Notes under the pieces: model-generated | Database searches by the model: none | Seen by the model: only the letters and a program-made list of their open reading frames with translations | Told to the model about the DNA's origin: nothing | Shown: positions 17,648-28,165 of the stretch, one piece after another | Numbering within the stretch: the stretch's first letter is position 1 | How the letters are laid out: the number at the start of each line of letters is the position of its first letter | Program-made: the position numbers and the translations under genes | Assembly (NCBI RefSeq): GCF_024502345.1 | Contig: NZ_JALDNN010000001.1 | Length of the DNA: 64,000 nt | DNA from: Escherichia coli | Lineage (GTDB): Bacteria; Pseudomonadota; Gammaproteobacteria; Enterobacterales; Enterobacteriaceae | Reading direction: 5' to 3' (one strand)

Positions 17648-18856
17648 GTGAAACGACTACAAGCATTTAAATTCCAGTTAAGACCCGGTGGTCAACAGGA
17701 GCGTGAAATGAGGCGCTTCGCAGGCGCATGTCGTTTCGTTTTCAATCGTGCTCTGGCACGTCAGAATGAGAATCATGAGGCCGGTAATAAATACATCCCT
17801 TACGGGAAAATGGCTTCCTGGCTGGTTGAGTGGAAAAATGCCACTGAAACGCAATGGCTTAAAGATGCCCCGTCACAGCCATTGCAACAGTCACTGAAAG
17901 ACCTTGAGCGGGCTTACAAAAACTTCTTCCAGAATCGGGCTGCTTTTCCCCGATTCAAAAAGCGGGGACAGAATGATGTATTCCGCTACCCGCAGGGCGT
18001 TAAGCTCGATCAGGAAAACAGCCGTATTTTTCTGCCGAAACTGGGCTGGATGCGCTACCGGAACAGCCGTCAGGTCACGGGTGTTGTGAAAAATGTCACT
18101 GTCAGCCAGTCCTGCGGTAAGTGGTACATCAGTATTCAGACAGAAAGTGAAGTATCAACTCCGGTTCACCCTTCAGCATCAATGGTCGGGCTGGATGCTG
18201 GCGTGGCTAAACTCGCCACGCTGTCAGATGGCACAGTCTTTGAGCCTGTAAACAGTTTTCAGAAAAACCAGAAGAAGCTGGCGAGACTTCAGCGACAGTT
18301 AAGCCGCAAGGTCAAATTCAGCAACAACTGGCAGAAGCAGAAACGCAAAATACAGCGACTGCATTCCTGTATCGCAAATATCCGCAGGGACTACCTTCAC
18401 AAAGTCACAACGACCGTCAGCAAAAACCACGCAATGATAGTCATTGAGGATTTGAAGGTCAGCAACATGTCAAAGTCAGCAGCGGGTACGGTCAGCCAGC
18501 CGGGGCGCAATGTCCGGGCAAAATCAGGTTTAAACCGTTCGATACTGGATCAGGGCTGGTATGAAATGCGCCGCCAGCTTGAGTACAAGCAGCTCTGGCG
18601 TGGCGGTCAGGTGCTTGCTGTTCCGCCAGCGTACACAAGCCAGCGTTGCGCGTGCTGTGGTCATACAGCGAAAGAAAACCGCCTGTCACAAAGTAAATTC
18701 AGATGCCAGGTATGTGGATATACAGCGAACGCCGATGTAAATGGCGCTCGTAACATTTTAGCGGCGGGGCACGCCGTTCTTGCCTGTGGAGAGATGGTGC
18801 AGTCAGGCCGCCCGTTGAAGCAGGAACCCACCGAAATGATTCAGGCGACAGCCTGA
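17648..18856 (+). CDS. tnpB: IS200/IS605-family TnpB (OrfB): RuvC-like nuclease with C-terminal zinc finger, RNA-guided nuclease family
   Basis: 402-aa ORF; RuvC motifs (GLDAGV..., IVIEDLKV) and CxxC...CxxC zinc finger (CACCGH...CQVCGY); divergent from tnpA. Confidence 0.85.
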   Translation: MKRLQAFKFQLRPGGQQEREMRRFAGACRFVFNRALARQNENHEAGNKYIPYGKMASWLVEWKNATETQWLKDAPSQPLQQSLKDLERAYKNFFQNRAAFPRFKKRGQNDVFRYPQGVKLDQENSRIFLPKLGWMRYRNSRQVTGVVKNVTVSQSCGKWYISIQTESEVSTPVHPSASMVGLDAGVAKLATLSDGTVFEPVNSFQKNQKKLARLQRQLSRKVKFSNNWQKQKRKIQRLHSCIANIRRDYLHKVTTTVSKNHAMIVIEDLKVSNMSKSAAGTVSQPGRNVRAKSGLNRSILDQGWYEMRRQLEYKQLWRGGQVLAVPPAYTSQRCACCGHTAKENRLSQSKFRCQVCGYTANADVNGARNILAAGHAVLACGEMVQSGRPLKQEPTEMIQATA

Positions 18857-18895
18857 ACGTAGCAGGGATCCTCGTCCTTCAGGGCGTGGAGGATG

Positions 18896-19621
18896 TCAAC
18901 AAACAGGTTGAATTAACTCCGCGCCCTGGTTTTTGACATTACCTACCGCGCGCGATACCGGGTGCCAGGTGAACTGGTTTGCTGGCACACAGCCGTTGGT
19001 AGCAATTTCTGATGCTTCTTTACCGCCAATCTCTTGCCGCATCCATTCCTGTGCAGCTTCTGGCGACAGAACCAGCGGGCGGCGGTCATGAATGTCTACC
19101 AGACCCTGGTCTGCTGCAGCAGTGACAATTAAAAATCCTTCGGCTTCGTCACCACGCTCAAATGGTGTGCTACCTATCGCGGCCATAAAAATAGGTTGTC
19201 CATCAGCACGATAGATAAAAAAAGGCTGTTTTTTGTCGCCTTCTTTTTTCCACTCAAACCAGCCATCGGCAAAACAGATTGCCCGACCATGTTGCCAGAG
19301 CGGTTTAAACATGCGACTGGTTGCGGCAGTTTCTACGCGGGCGTTAATCAGCGGCGGTTTATCCCACCATCCGGGAGCATATCCCCAGAAAACCGGATCC
19401 AGATGAAGGTGTTCATCACGTTCACTGAGCAGAAGAACTTTGGTTCCCGGCGCGACGTTGTATCTGCCAATGGGTTCGGGATCGTAGGGAATATCGCGTT
19501 CAATATCTTCCGCGAGAAGCGCAAGGTAATCTTCACGCGAGGGAATATCGCGTTCAATATCTTCCGCGAGAAGCGCAAGGTAATCTTCACGCGTTTGGGA
19601 TTGGGCAAAGCGTCCACACAT
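18896..19621 (-). CDS. yedK: SOS-response-associated peptidase YedK (abasic-site crosslinking, SRAP family), carrying an in-frame 18-aa tandem duplication
   Basis: MCGRFAQS... with N-terminal catalytic Cys2; REDYLALLAEDIERDIP unit present twice. Confidence 0.85.
   Translation of the reverse strand: MCGRFAQSQTREDYLALLAEDIERDIPSREDYLALLAEDIERDIPYDPEPIGRYNVAPGTKVLLLSERDEHLHLDPVFWGYAPGWWDKPPLINARVETAATSRMFKPLWQHGRAICFADGWFEWKKEGDKKQPFFIYRADGQPIFMAAIGSTPFERGDEAEGFLIVTAAADQGLVDIHDRRPLVLSPEAAQEWMRQEIGGKEASEIATNGCVPANQFTWHPVSRAVGNVKNQGAELIQPVC
19497..19604. repeat. Perfect 54-bp tandem duplication (2 copies) inside yedK
   Basis: AGGGAATATCGCGTTCAATATCTTCCGCGAGAAGCGCAAGGTAATCTTCACGCG occurs twice head-to-tail (19497-19550 and 19551-19604). 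Confidence 0.9.
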
Positions 19622-19727
19622 AGAAACCTCCTGAGATCATACTGAAAAGAATAGGAGAGGGGGCGGGTAAAATCTATGTGTCAGAGGCAACGATGTTCCC
19701 GCTGTGGGTCACAGCGGGAATGAGGGA

Positions 19728-19961
19728 TTACTTCTGAATTAAATAACGAATGGTCGGCCCGTCTTGCTGAATATCCAGCACCGTATAGCCGTGATTACGC
19801 GCATCCAGTGGAATATTATTGATCGACTGCGGACAGTCGCTCACCACTTCCAGGATTTCCCCTTTTTTTAACTGCGGCATCGCCTCAAGGGTTGCGACTG
19901 CCGGATAAGGGCAGGGTTCACCCACCATATCAAGGCGGTAATCAGGAACGATATTTTTCAT
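19728..19961 (-). CDS. yedF: TusA-like sulfurtransferase YedF
   Basis: 77-aa ORF with the CPxP motif (GEPCPYP). Confidence 0.85.
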   Translation of the reverse strand: MKNIVPDYRLDMVGEPCPYPAVATLEAMPQLKKGEILEVVSDCPQSINNIPLDARNHGYTVLDIQQDGPTIRYLIQK

Positions 19962-21163
19962 GCGATCTCCTTAGCAGTCTGCGGTGCCGCACGGCGGAAG
20001 AAGCGTTTTTCCCAGCCGATAATCAACATCAGCGCAGCAAACAACAGCAAATATGTCACCAGCAGGCCACCCATCGGACCAAAGGTTTTCAGCAGGTTGA
20101 TTTTGTCCCAGTCGGTGGCCAGCGCCGGAGCGAAATCATCCCAGTAATACGCCAGAATCGTTGAGCCGATCACATTGCCCAGACCGACCCACCAGTAGTG
20201 CACCTGGCCTTCTACCGCGCGGTACATCCAGCCGGTTTCGCAGCCGCCAGCCAGCACGATGCCAAAACCAAACAGTAAACCACCAATTACCGCGTTTGGT
20301 CCCGCCCACATAATTTTGGGTTCAACGCCTAACTGTACGTAACTGAAGATCCCGATGGCACTCACCGCCATACCAATAATGATTGCTTTCGCCATATGGG
20401 TACGTCCGGTGATCCACATATCGCGGAACGCCGAAGTAAAGCAGATTTGCGCACGTTCAATCAGTAAACCAAAGCCGACGCCAAACAGCATTGCCAGCCC
20501 CAGTTTGGGTTGGTTCATCGCTGTGAGCAGCGCCCAGCCCAGCATGCCGAAAAAGACCAGCATCCCGAGACGAAAACGACGCCGCGCCTGATCCGGTTTT
20601 TGCGTCAGCGGTGAGGCGGCAGAAACTTTCTGCATTTTCACGGGAATACGGAAGATGGGCAGCAGGGTAAAGCGCGCGCCAAACCATGAACCAATGGCAG
20701 TGGCGATGGCAAAGAACCAGGCATGCAGCGAGAACTGAGGAATACCGGTAAAGAACGCCGCCAGGTTACAGCCCATTGCCAGACGCGCGCCAAAACCGGC
20801 GATAATGCCGCCAATGATGGCCTGCATAATGCGGATACGGCTGCGCGGCATTCGCAGTTTGACATTGTTGGCCCACAGCGCTGCGGCAAAGCAGCCGCCA
20901 AACATACCGAGGATCATCATCCCGTCGATGCGGGTTAATGGCGATCCTTCCAGATGGATAATTTTAAAGTAACCCCACTCTTCAGCATGGACGCCGAACA
21001 GTTGCAGGAGCTGGCCGCCCCAACGGGTAAATTCACCCGTGACAGCCCAAAAAGTGCCAGTAATGCCAAAATAGTAAGTGGAGAGAATACCCGCCGCGAT
21101 GACCGCGGGGATGGGCGCCCAGAATTTAATCAACCAGGAGTGTTTGAATTGCTGCCATGACAT
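19958..21163 (-). CDS. yedE: YedE family inner-membrane transporter (sulfur/selenium-related)
   Basis: 401-aa polytopic membrane protein; overlaps the yedF start. Confidence 0.85.
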   Translation of the reverse strand: MSWQQFKHSWLIKFWAPIPAVIAAGILSTYYFGITGTFWAVTGEFTRWGGQLLQLFGVHAEEWGYFKIIHLEGSPLTRIDGMMILGMFGGCFAAALWANNVKLRMPRSRIRIMQAIIGGIIAGFGARLAMGCNLAAFFTGIPQFSLHAWFFAIATAIGSWFGARFTLLPIFRIPVKMQKVSAASPLTQKPDQARRRFRLGMLVFFGMLGWALLTAMNQPKLGLAMLFGVGFGLLIERAQICFTSAFRDMWITGRTHMAKAIIIGMAVSAIGIFSYVQLGVEPKIMWAGPNAVIGGLLFGFGIVLAGGCETGWMYRAVEGQVHYWWVGLGNVIGSTILAYYWDDFAPALATDWDKINLLKTFGPMGGLLVTYLLLFAALMLIIGWEKRFFRRAAPQTAKEIA

Positions 21164-21346
21164 GAATGTAGCCTCTGAACTCAGAAGGTTTGAAACAAGA
21201 GTCGCGAATCATACACCATGCAAATTTATTTTCGGGGTAATAATTCACAAAAATAATAGTTAGATCAAATTTCTCTCTGAACCTGGAAAGGCTGGCGACA
21301 TCAGGGCTTTAATGCCACAATCCTCTTTTCTTCTCATGCAGGACGA

Positions 21347-21763
21347 ATGATGAAAAAACTCGCAATTGCAGGCGCGCTCATGTTGCTGGCGGGCTGTGCC
21401 GAAGTCGAAAACTATAACAATGTCGTGAAAACCCCCGCGCCGGACTGGCTGGCGGGCTACTGGCAGACCAAAGGGCCGCAACGTGCGCTGGTCAGCCCGG
21501 AAGCGATAGGCAGCCTGATTGTCACTAAAGAGGGCGATACCCTGGATTGCCGTCAGTGGCAGCGGGTGATTGCCGTGCCGGGTAAGTTGACATTGATGTC
21601 TGATGATCTCACTAACGTTACCGTAAAACGTGAGCTGTACGAGGTTGAGCGTGACGGTAACACCATTGAGTACGATGGTATGACGATGGAGCGTGTGGAT
21701 CGCCCGACAGCAGAGTGTGCCGCCGCGCTGGATAAAGCGCCGTTACCGACGCCACTGCCGTAA
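21347..21763 (+). CDS. yedD: Lipoprotein YedD
   Basis: 138-aa ORF with lipoprotein signal peptide (LLAGC lipobox). Confidence 0.8.
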   Translation: MMKKLAIAGALMLLAGCAEVENYNNVVKTPAPDWLAGYWQTKGPQRALVSPEAIGSLIVTKEGDTLDCRQWQRVIAVPGKLTLMSDDLTNVTVKRELYEVERDGNTIEYDGMTMERVDRPTAECAAALDKAPLPTPLP

Positions 21764-21796
21764 TGAAATCTCCCCGGCTTGCCGCCGGGGATGAAT

Positions 21797-23284
21797 TTAA
21801 ATCACCTCTTCGATAACCCACACGCTGACGCTGCCGCCGTTGCAAAAGAAGGTTGCTTCGCCGTTTTCGTCGGTCACTACGCTCTCTTGCCGGTTCCCCA
21901 GAAAATCACGCCAGGTTTTATTGCCGTAATTCTCTCCCAGATGAATGGTTTTTTCGCCATCATCCCCATTCGACATGACCACCACGCAGCCGGGATATTC
22001 GTCGGTGCCACTGCGGCTAAAGGCAATGCAGTTCGGATGGTCGAAAAATAACGTCTGTACACCGTGGGCGAAACGCTGACGGGCGAGAATTAACTCATCA
22101 AGCTGTTCGATTATTGGCATATCTATCGGATAGGTTTGCCCGTCACCACCGACATCTTCGTAATGCGCACCGTAGAGGTCCGGATAGAATACCGAAGGAA
22201 CGCCATTTTCCCGCAACAAAATTAAGGCATACGCCAGCGGTTTAAACCACGGTTCGACCGGCGCTTCGAGGGCTTGCAACGGTTGGGTGTCGTGATTGGC
22301 AACGAGCGTCACGGCGTGGAAAGGATCGGCTTCCACTAATGTACCCGTGAAAATCTGCGTCATGTCGTAGTCGCGCCCCATGCGCGATGCTTCATGGAAT
22401 TTCATCTGCAGCGGCGCATCGAACAGCATGGTTTTGCCTTCCACCTGATCAATATACGTTTGCAGTTTATCGACTTCATGCGACCAGTACTCCGCCACAA
22501 TAAACAGCGGCTTTGGCGCAACTTCCTGTACGTGTTCGATCCACTCTTTATAAAACCAGGCTGGAATATGTTTGACCGCATCAAGACGAAAACCGTCGCA
22601 TTGCGTTTGTTCCATCACCCAGCGCGCCCAGTATTTAATCTCTTCCGTCACGGCATGATTGCGAAAATCGATATTCTCGCCCATCAGATAATCGAAATTA
22701 CCTAATTCATCATCAACCTGATCGTTCCAGCCTTCGCCGGTGTAGTCGTTAACAATTTTAAATATGCCATCTTCATCAGGGTTTTCGATATGGTCGATAC
22801 CGCTAAAACATTTGAAATCCCAGATAAACTGTGAGTATTGCCCGGCACGGGCGGGGAAGGTGTAACGCGTCCAGCCTTCGCACTCAATGATTTCTTCATC
22901 AATTTGCGTACGGTCGTCAGCATTTACACGCTGCACGCGAATAGCTTCTTTTTCATCCGCGCCCATTTTGTGGTTGACTACCACGTCCAACAGCACCGCA
23001 ATGTCATTACGTTTCAGGGCGTCAATGGCGGCCAGCAGTTGTACTTTATCGCCATATTTAGTAGGGATGCTGCCTTTCTGATCAAACTCACCTAAATCAA
23101 ATAAATCATAGGAGTCGTAGCCGACCGAATACCCGCCCGATGCGCCTTTATAGGCGGGCGGCAACCAGACCATATTGATACCAATATCATTAAAACCGTC
23201 GGCGCGCTCGGCCAGTTCAGGCCAGAGCTTACCGCCTTCCGGGTAATACCAGTGAAAACATTGTAACAGCGTGGGATTACGCAT
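21797..23284 (-). CDS. amyA: Cytoplasmic alpha-amylase AmyA (GH13)
   Basis: 495-aa ORF, no signal peptide, GH13 motifs ([15 protein letters not shown]). Confidence 0.9.
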   Translation of the reverse strand: MRNPTLLQCFHWYYPEGGKLWPELAERADGFNDIGINMVWLPPAYKGASGGYSVGYDSYDLFDLGEFDQKGSIPTKYGDKVQLLAAIDALKRNDIAVLLDVVVNHKMGADEKEAIRVQRVNADDRTQIDEEIIECEGWTRYTFPARAGQYSQFIWDFKCFSGIDHIENPDEDGIFKIVNDYTGEGWNDQVDDELGNFDYLMGENIDFRNHAVTEEIKYWARWVMEQTQCDGFRLDAVKHIPAWFYKEWIEHVQEVAPKPLFIVAEYWSHEVDKLQTYIDQVEGKTMLFDAPLQMKFHEASRMGRDYDMTQIFTGTLVEADPFHAVTLVANHDTQPLQALEAPVEPWFKPLAYALILLRENGVPSVFYPDLYGAHYEDVGGDGQTYPIDMPIIEQLDELILARQRFAHGVQTLFFDHPNCIAFSRSGTDEYPGCVVVMSNGDDGEKTIHLGENYGNKTWRDFLGNRQESVVTDENGEATFFCNGGSVSVWVIEEVI

Positions 23285-23361
23285 TCTTCGACTCCATTCA
23301 AGGGGAACATTAGAAGCGTAGCCGTAATCGGATTATTCGCGAGCCATCGACTCATTCAGAT

Positions 23362-23727
23362 TCAAAAGAGGTTATCCTGCGGAGCCAGCACAAAGCCGCC
23401 CTGATCGCCATAGGCACTTAACACCGATTTTTGCACCGATGACTGACCGACCAGTTTCGCCAGTTCATCCATCCGAATCTGTAATAACTGCTTTACCTTG
23501 CTTTCGTTGTCGAGAATCAGGCGCAGCATCGGGCGGAGCTGCTCCTGCATCGTGGTGGACGGGTCAATCTCTTCAGTCAGATGTGCAATCTCCTGCACCG
23601 CATTCACATACGCCATTTCGCTGGCGATGAGTTTGTCCCATTGTTCTTCCGTTGCCAGGCGTAACATGAGCTGGCTTTTTTCGACGAGTTGTTGCCAGGC
23701 GAAATACAAATGCGGTGCATGGTTCAT
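23362..23727 (-). CDS. fliT: Flagellar chaperone / anti-FlhDC factor FliT
   Basis: 121-aa ORF downstream of fliS. Confidence 0.85.
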   Translation of the reverse strand: MNHAPHLYFAWQQLVEKSQLMLRLATEEQWDKLIASEMAYVNAVQEIAHLTEEIDPSTTMQEQLRPMLRLILDNESKVKQLLQIRMDELAKLVGQSSVQKSVLSAYGDQGGFVLAPQDNLF

Positions 23728-24137
23728 CAGACTGGGTCCTGAATCAAAGAAGGGGAGAGTAACGACTCTTTCCAGGCATCGGCAATATTGCGCATTAATG
23801 TTTCCACTTCTTCGACTGCGGAGACATCGTTGCGTAAATTGGCTTGCAGCAAACGCCTGACCATATAGCTATAAAGAGCAATCAAGTTTTGGGTTAATTC
23901 GTCTTTGCTCTCTTCATCAAGACTCACCCGCAGTCCGTTCTCAATAATGTTGATCGCTTTTGACAAAGAGACGCCTTTGCCTTGCTGATTGTTGTCCTGC
24001 ATAAACAGGCGCGCTCTAACCAGTGCGCTCAGCACTCCATCAAATAGCATGGTGACCAGCTGCTGCTGGCTGGCGCTCATTACGGCGCTTTCGACGCCAA
24101 TTTGTGCATAGGCCTGGGTGCCTTTTGCCGCGTACAT
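23727..24137 (-). CDS. fliS: Flagellin-specific chaperone FliS
   Basis: 136-aa ORF; operon position. Confidence 0.9.
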   Translation of the reverse strand: MYAAKGTQAYAQIGVESAVMSASQQQLVTMLFDGVLSALVRARLFMQDNNQQGKGVSLSKAINIIENGLRVSLDEESKDELTQNLIALYSYMVRRLLQANLRNDVSAVEEVETLMRNIADAWKESLLSPSLIQDPV

Positions 24138-24161
24138 GACCTGTCTCCCGATGAATATTGC

Positions 24162-25568
24162 TTACTTGGAATTACTGTTGTTTTCGAACTGCTGCGTTAA
24201 GTAGCTGCTTGTGCTGTTTAACGAGGTCATTAAAACGTCCAGTTGGGTAAATTGTTCTTTGTAGCGCGCGACCTGCGCATCAATGCGATCGCTGGCGGCG
24301 TTGTAGTCTTTAGTTAATTTATTCAGGGTCTTACTAACGCCATCGGTAGCGGCTTTAATAATGCCCGTTGTCGAAAGCCAACTGGTCAGGTTGCTGCCGA
24401 TGGTGGTCGTGATGCCGGTTTTTTTACCATCGCCAACAATCAATGCACCTACGCCGCTGGCATCTTTTTTCAGTGCAGCGGTGAGTTTGTCGGCATCCAG
24501 TTCCAGTTTGCCATCGCTGGGATCGGTCGTGATACCAATCTGCGCCAACGTTTTATAGCTGGAAGAACTGACGGTATTACTCAGCATCGACTTCAACTGC
24601 GTCTGAATCGTCCGCAGCGTGGAGTCGCCGAGCAGTGCGCCATTGCTAGAACTCTGGCTATCAGCTCCCGCATCTACGGCGGTGTATTTGGTCAGGCTGC
24701 TGAAGGTATCTATTAGCGAGTTATAGGCATTCACCCAGTCTTTAATCGCCGTTTGCGCTTTGGAGGTGTCCTGAGTGATGGTTAGCGTCTGGTTGCCCGT
24801 GATGACATCGTTCAGGTTCAGGGTGATGTTTTCCAGCGCGTCGCTGATGGTGTTGCTGCTGTTCTCAATGGCGACGTTGTTGACCGTCAGCTGCGCATTC
24901 TGGGCGGCGACCGAGACTTCCATACCGTTGCTGCTGGCACTGGCGTCATAGCCCATAAAACTTTGTAGCGCATCATCACCGCTGACCGAGAGTGTCATCG
25001 CATTATCAAGGCCGGTGTCATTTGATGTGACTGACAGACGATATTCACCGTTACCCACGTTAATGATGCTCGCACTTACTCCCGCTTTTGCGTTGTTGAT
25101 GGCATCACGGATCCCGCTTAACGACGAGTTAGCCGCGCTGATATCAATGGTAATCGGATCTTTGTCGCCGCCTTGTTGAATGGTGAGTTTACTGTCGCTG
25201 GTGGCGATCGCCGTTTTCGTATCATCTCTGGTGGTGCGCGTGGTCAGGGTTTGCGCCTGCGCCAGATGGGTGACGCTGATGGTGTATTTCCCGGCGATGG
25301 CGTTACCCGCGGTGGTGGCACTGAACGCGGTGGTGCTGCTGGTAGTGCTGGTGGCGGAAAAAAGATCGGCTTTAGACAATGCAGTATTGGCGGTCTGGAA
25401 AGTCGTCAACGCGCTTTTCAGCGTACCGTAGGCGCTAAGTTTAGCGGTAAACGACGATTGCTGATTTGAAATAGGGGTTAGCGTCGCTTTTTGCGCGGCG
25501 GTGAGGCTATCAAGGATTGAACTTAAATCCAGGCCTGACCCGACTCCCAGCGATGAAATACTTGCCAT
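24162..25568 (-). CDS. fliD: Flagellar filament cap protein FliD
   Basis: 468-aa ORF; first gene of fliDST. Confidence 0.9.
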   Translation of the reverse strand: MASISSLGVGSGLDLSSILDSLTAAQKATLTPISNQQSSFTAKLSAYGTLKSALTTFQTANTALSKADLFSATSTTSSTTAFSATTAGNAIAGKYTISVTHLAQAQTLTTRTTRDDTKTAIATSDSKLTIQQGGDKDPITIDISAANSSLSGIRDAINNAKAGVSASIINVGNGEYRLSVTSNDTGLDNAMTLSVSGDDALQSFMGYDASASSNGMEVSVAAQNAQLTVNNVAIENSSNTISDALENITLNLNDVITGNQTLTITQDTSKAQTAIKDWVNAYNSLIDTFSSLTKYTAVDAGADSQSSSNGALLGDSTLRTIQTQLKSMLSNTVSSSSYKTLAQIGITTDPSDGKLELDADKLTAALKKDASGVGALIVGDGKKTGITTTIGSNLTSWLSTTGIIKAATDGVSKTLNKLTKDYNAASDRIDAQVARYKEQFTQLDVLMTSLNSTSSYLTQQFENNSNSK

Positions 25569-25730
25569 GCGATTTCCTTTTATCTTTCGACACGTAAAAC
25601 GAATACCGGGGTTATCGGCCTGAATTGCGCAAAGTTTACGTTTAATTGTTTTTTTTAATAGCGGGAATAAGGGGCAGAGAAAAGAGTATTTCGGCGACTA
25701 ACAAAAAATGGCTGTTTGTGAAAAAAATTC

Positions 25731-25757
25731 TAAAGGTTGTTTTACGACAGACGATAA
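25731..25757 (+). promoter_or_regulatory. Sigma-28 (FliA) class 3 promoter of fliC
   Basis: TAAA-N15-GACGATAA matching the sigma-28 consensus TAAA-N15-GCCGATAA, about 80 bp upstream of the fliC start. Confidence 0.65.
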
Positions 25758-25833
25758 CAGGGTTGACGGCGATTGAGCCGACGGGTGGAAACCCAATACG
25801 TAATCAACGACTTGCAATATAGGATAACGAATC

Positions 25834-27846
25834 ATGGCACAAGTCATTAATACCAACAGCCTCTCGCTGATCACTCAAAATAATATCAACAAGAACCAGT
25901 CTGCGCTGTCGAGTTCTATCGAGCGTCTGTCTTCTGGCTTGCGTATTAACAGCGCGAAGGATGACGCCGCAGGTCAGGCGATTGCTAACCGTTTTACTTC
26001 TAACATTAAAGGCCTGACTCAGGCTGCACGTAACGCCAACGACGGTATTTCTGTTGCGCAGACCACCGAAGGCGCGCTGTCCGAAATCAACAACAACTTA
26101 CAGCGTATTCGTGAACTGACGGTTCAGGCGACGACCGGAACTAACTCCACCTCTGATCTGGACTCCATTCAGGACGAAATCAAATCCCGTCTTGATGAAA
26201 TTGACCGCGTATCCGGCCAAACCCAGTTCAACGGCGTGAACGTACTGTCAAAAGATGGCTCGATGAAAATTCAGGTCGGCGCGAACGATGGCGAAACGAT
26301 TACTATTGATCTGAAGAAAATTGACTCTGATACGCTGAATCTGGCTGGTTTTAACGTTAACGGTAAAGGTTCTGTAGCGAATACAGCTGCGACAAGCGAC
26401 GATTTAAAACTGGCTGGTTTCACTAAGGGCACCACAGATACCAATGGCGTGACCGCGTATACAAACACAATTAGTAATGACAAAGCCAAAGCTTCCGATC
26501 TGTTAGCTAATATCACCGATGGATCAGTGATCACTGGGGGAGGGGCAAACGCTTTTGGCGTGGCTGCAAAGAATGGTTACACCTATGATGCAGCAAGTAA
26601 ATCTTATAGTTTTGCTGCAGATGGTGCCGATTCAGCGAAGACGTTAAGCATCATTAATCCAAACACCGGTGATTCGTCGCAGGCGACAGTGACTATTGGT
26701 GGTAAAGAGCAGAAAGTTAATATTTCCCAGGATGGAAAAATTACTGCGGCAGATGATAATGCGACGCTGTATTTAGATAAACAGGGAAACTTGACAAAAA
26801 CGAATGCAGGTAACGATACCGCAGCGACTTGGGATGGTTTAATTTCCAACAGCGATTCTACCGGTGCGGTTCCAGTTGGGGTTGCAACTACAATTACAAT
26901 TACTTCTGGTACAGCTTCCGGAATGTCTGTTCAGTCCGCAGGAGCAGGAATTCAGACCTCAACAAATTCTCAGATTCTTGCAGGTGGTGCATTTGCGGCT
27001 AAGGTAAGTATTGAGGGAGGCGCTGCTACAGACATTTTGGTAGCAAGTAATGGAAACATAACAGCGGCTAATGGTAATGCACTTTATCTTGATGCGACTA
27101 CTGGTGGATTCACTACAACGGCTGGAGGAAATACAGCTGCTTCGTTAGATAATTTAATTGCTAACAGTAAGGATGCTACCTTAACCGTAACTTCAGGTAC
27201 CGGCCAGAACACTGTTTATAGCACAACAGGAAGTGGCGCTCAGTTCACCAGTTTAGCAAAAGTAGACACTGTCAATGTTACCAACGCACATGTCAGTGCC
27301 GAAGGTATGGCAAATCTGACAAAAAGCAATTTTACCATTGATATGGGCGGTACAGGTACAGTAACTTACACAGTTTCCAATGGGGAGGTGAAAGCTGCTG
27401 CAAATGCTGATGTTTATGTCGAAGATGGTGCACTTTCAGCCAATGCTACAAAAGATGTAACCTACTTTGAACAAAAAAATGGGGCTATTACCAACAGCAC
27501 CGGTGGTACCATCTATGAAACAGCTGATGGTAAGTTAACAACAGAAGCTACTACTGCATCCAGTTCCACCGCCGATCCCCTGAAAGCTCTGGACGAAGCG
27601 ATCAGCTCCATCGACAAATTCCGTTCTTCCCTGGGTGCGGTGCAGAACCGTCTGGATTCCGCAGTCACCAACCTGAATAACACCACTACCAACCTGTCCG
27701 AAGCGCAGTCCCGTATTCAGGACGCCGACTATGCGACCGAAGTGTCCAACATGTCGAAAGCGCAGATCATTCAGCAGGCCGGTAACTCCGTGCTGGCAAA
27801 AGCCAACCAGGTACCGCAGCAGGTTCTGTCTCTGCTGCAGGGTTAA
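25834..27846 (+). CDS. fliC: Flagellin FliC, long-variant (670 aa) with extended central variable domain
   Basis: Conserved N-terminus MAQVINTNSLSLITQNN... and C-terminus ...NQVPQQVLSLLQG; long Thr/Gly/Ala-rich central region. Confidence 0.95.
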   Translation: MAQVINTNSLSLITQNNINKNQSALSSSIERLSSGLRINSAKDDAAGQAIANRFTSNIKGLTQAARNANDGISVAQTTEGALSEINNNLQRIRELTVQATTGTNSTSDLDSIQDEIKSRLDEIDRVSGQTQFNGVNVLSKDGSMKIQVGANDGETITIDLKKIDSDTLNLAGFNVNGKGSVANTAATSDDLKLAGFTKGTTDTNGVTAYTNTISNDKAKASDLLANITDGSVITGGGANAFGVAAKNGYTYDAASKSYSFAADGADSAKTLSIINPNTGDSSQATVTIGGKEQKVNISQDGKITAADDNATLYLDKQGNLTKTNAGNDTAATWDGLISNSDSTGAVPVGVATTITITSGTASGMSVQSAGAGIQTSTNSQILAGGAFAAKVSIEGGAATDILVASNGNITAANGNALYLDATTGGFTTTAGGNTAASLDNLIANSKDATLTVTSGTGQNTVYSTTGSGAQFTSLAKVDTVNVTNAHVSAEGMANLTKSNFTIDMGGTGTVTYTVSNGEVKAAANADVYVEDGALSANATKDVTYFEQKNGAITNSTGGTIYETADGKLTTEATTASSSTADPLKALDEAISSIDKFRSSLGAVQNRLDSAVTNLNNTTTNLSEAQSRIQDADYATEVSNMSKAQIIQQAGNSVLAKANQVPQQVLSLLQG

Positions 27847-27882
27847 TCGTCCTAACCTGATTAACTGAGACTGACGGCAACG

Positions 27883-27988
<106 letters not shown>

Positions 27989-28021
27989 AACATAAAGCGC
28001 AATTTGTCAGCAACGTGCTTC

Positions 28022-28046
28022 CCCGCCACCGGCGGGGTTTTTTCTG
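28022..28046 (+). terminator. Rho-independent terminator downstream of fliC
   Basis: GC hairpin CCCCGCCACCGGCGGGG followed by a T-run. Confidence 0.7.
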
Positions 28047-28165
28047 CATGGAATTTACCGGTAACCCCCAAATAACCCCTCATTTCACCCACTAATCGTC
28101 CGATTAAAAACCCTGCAGAAACGGATAATCATGCCGATAACTCATATAACGCAGGGCTGTTTATC

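Noticed and set aside
19486-19610. Direct repeats initially considered as a possible short CRISPR-like array
   Set aside because: Only two copies, no spacers, and located inside the yedK reading frame; it is a simple tandem duplication.
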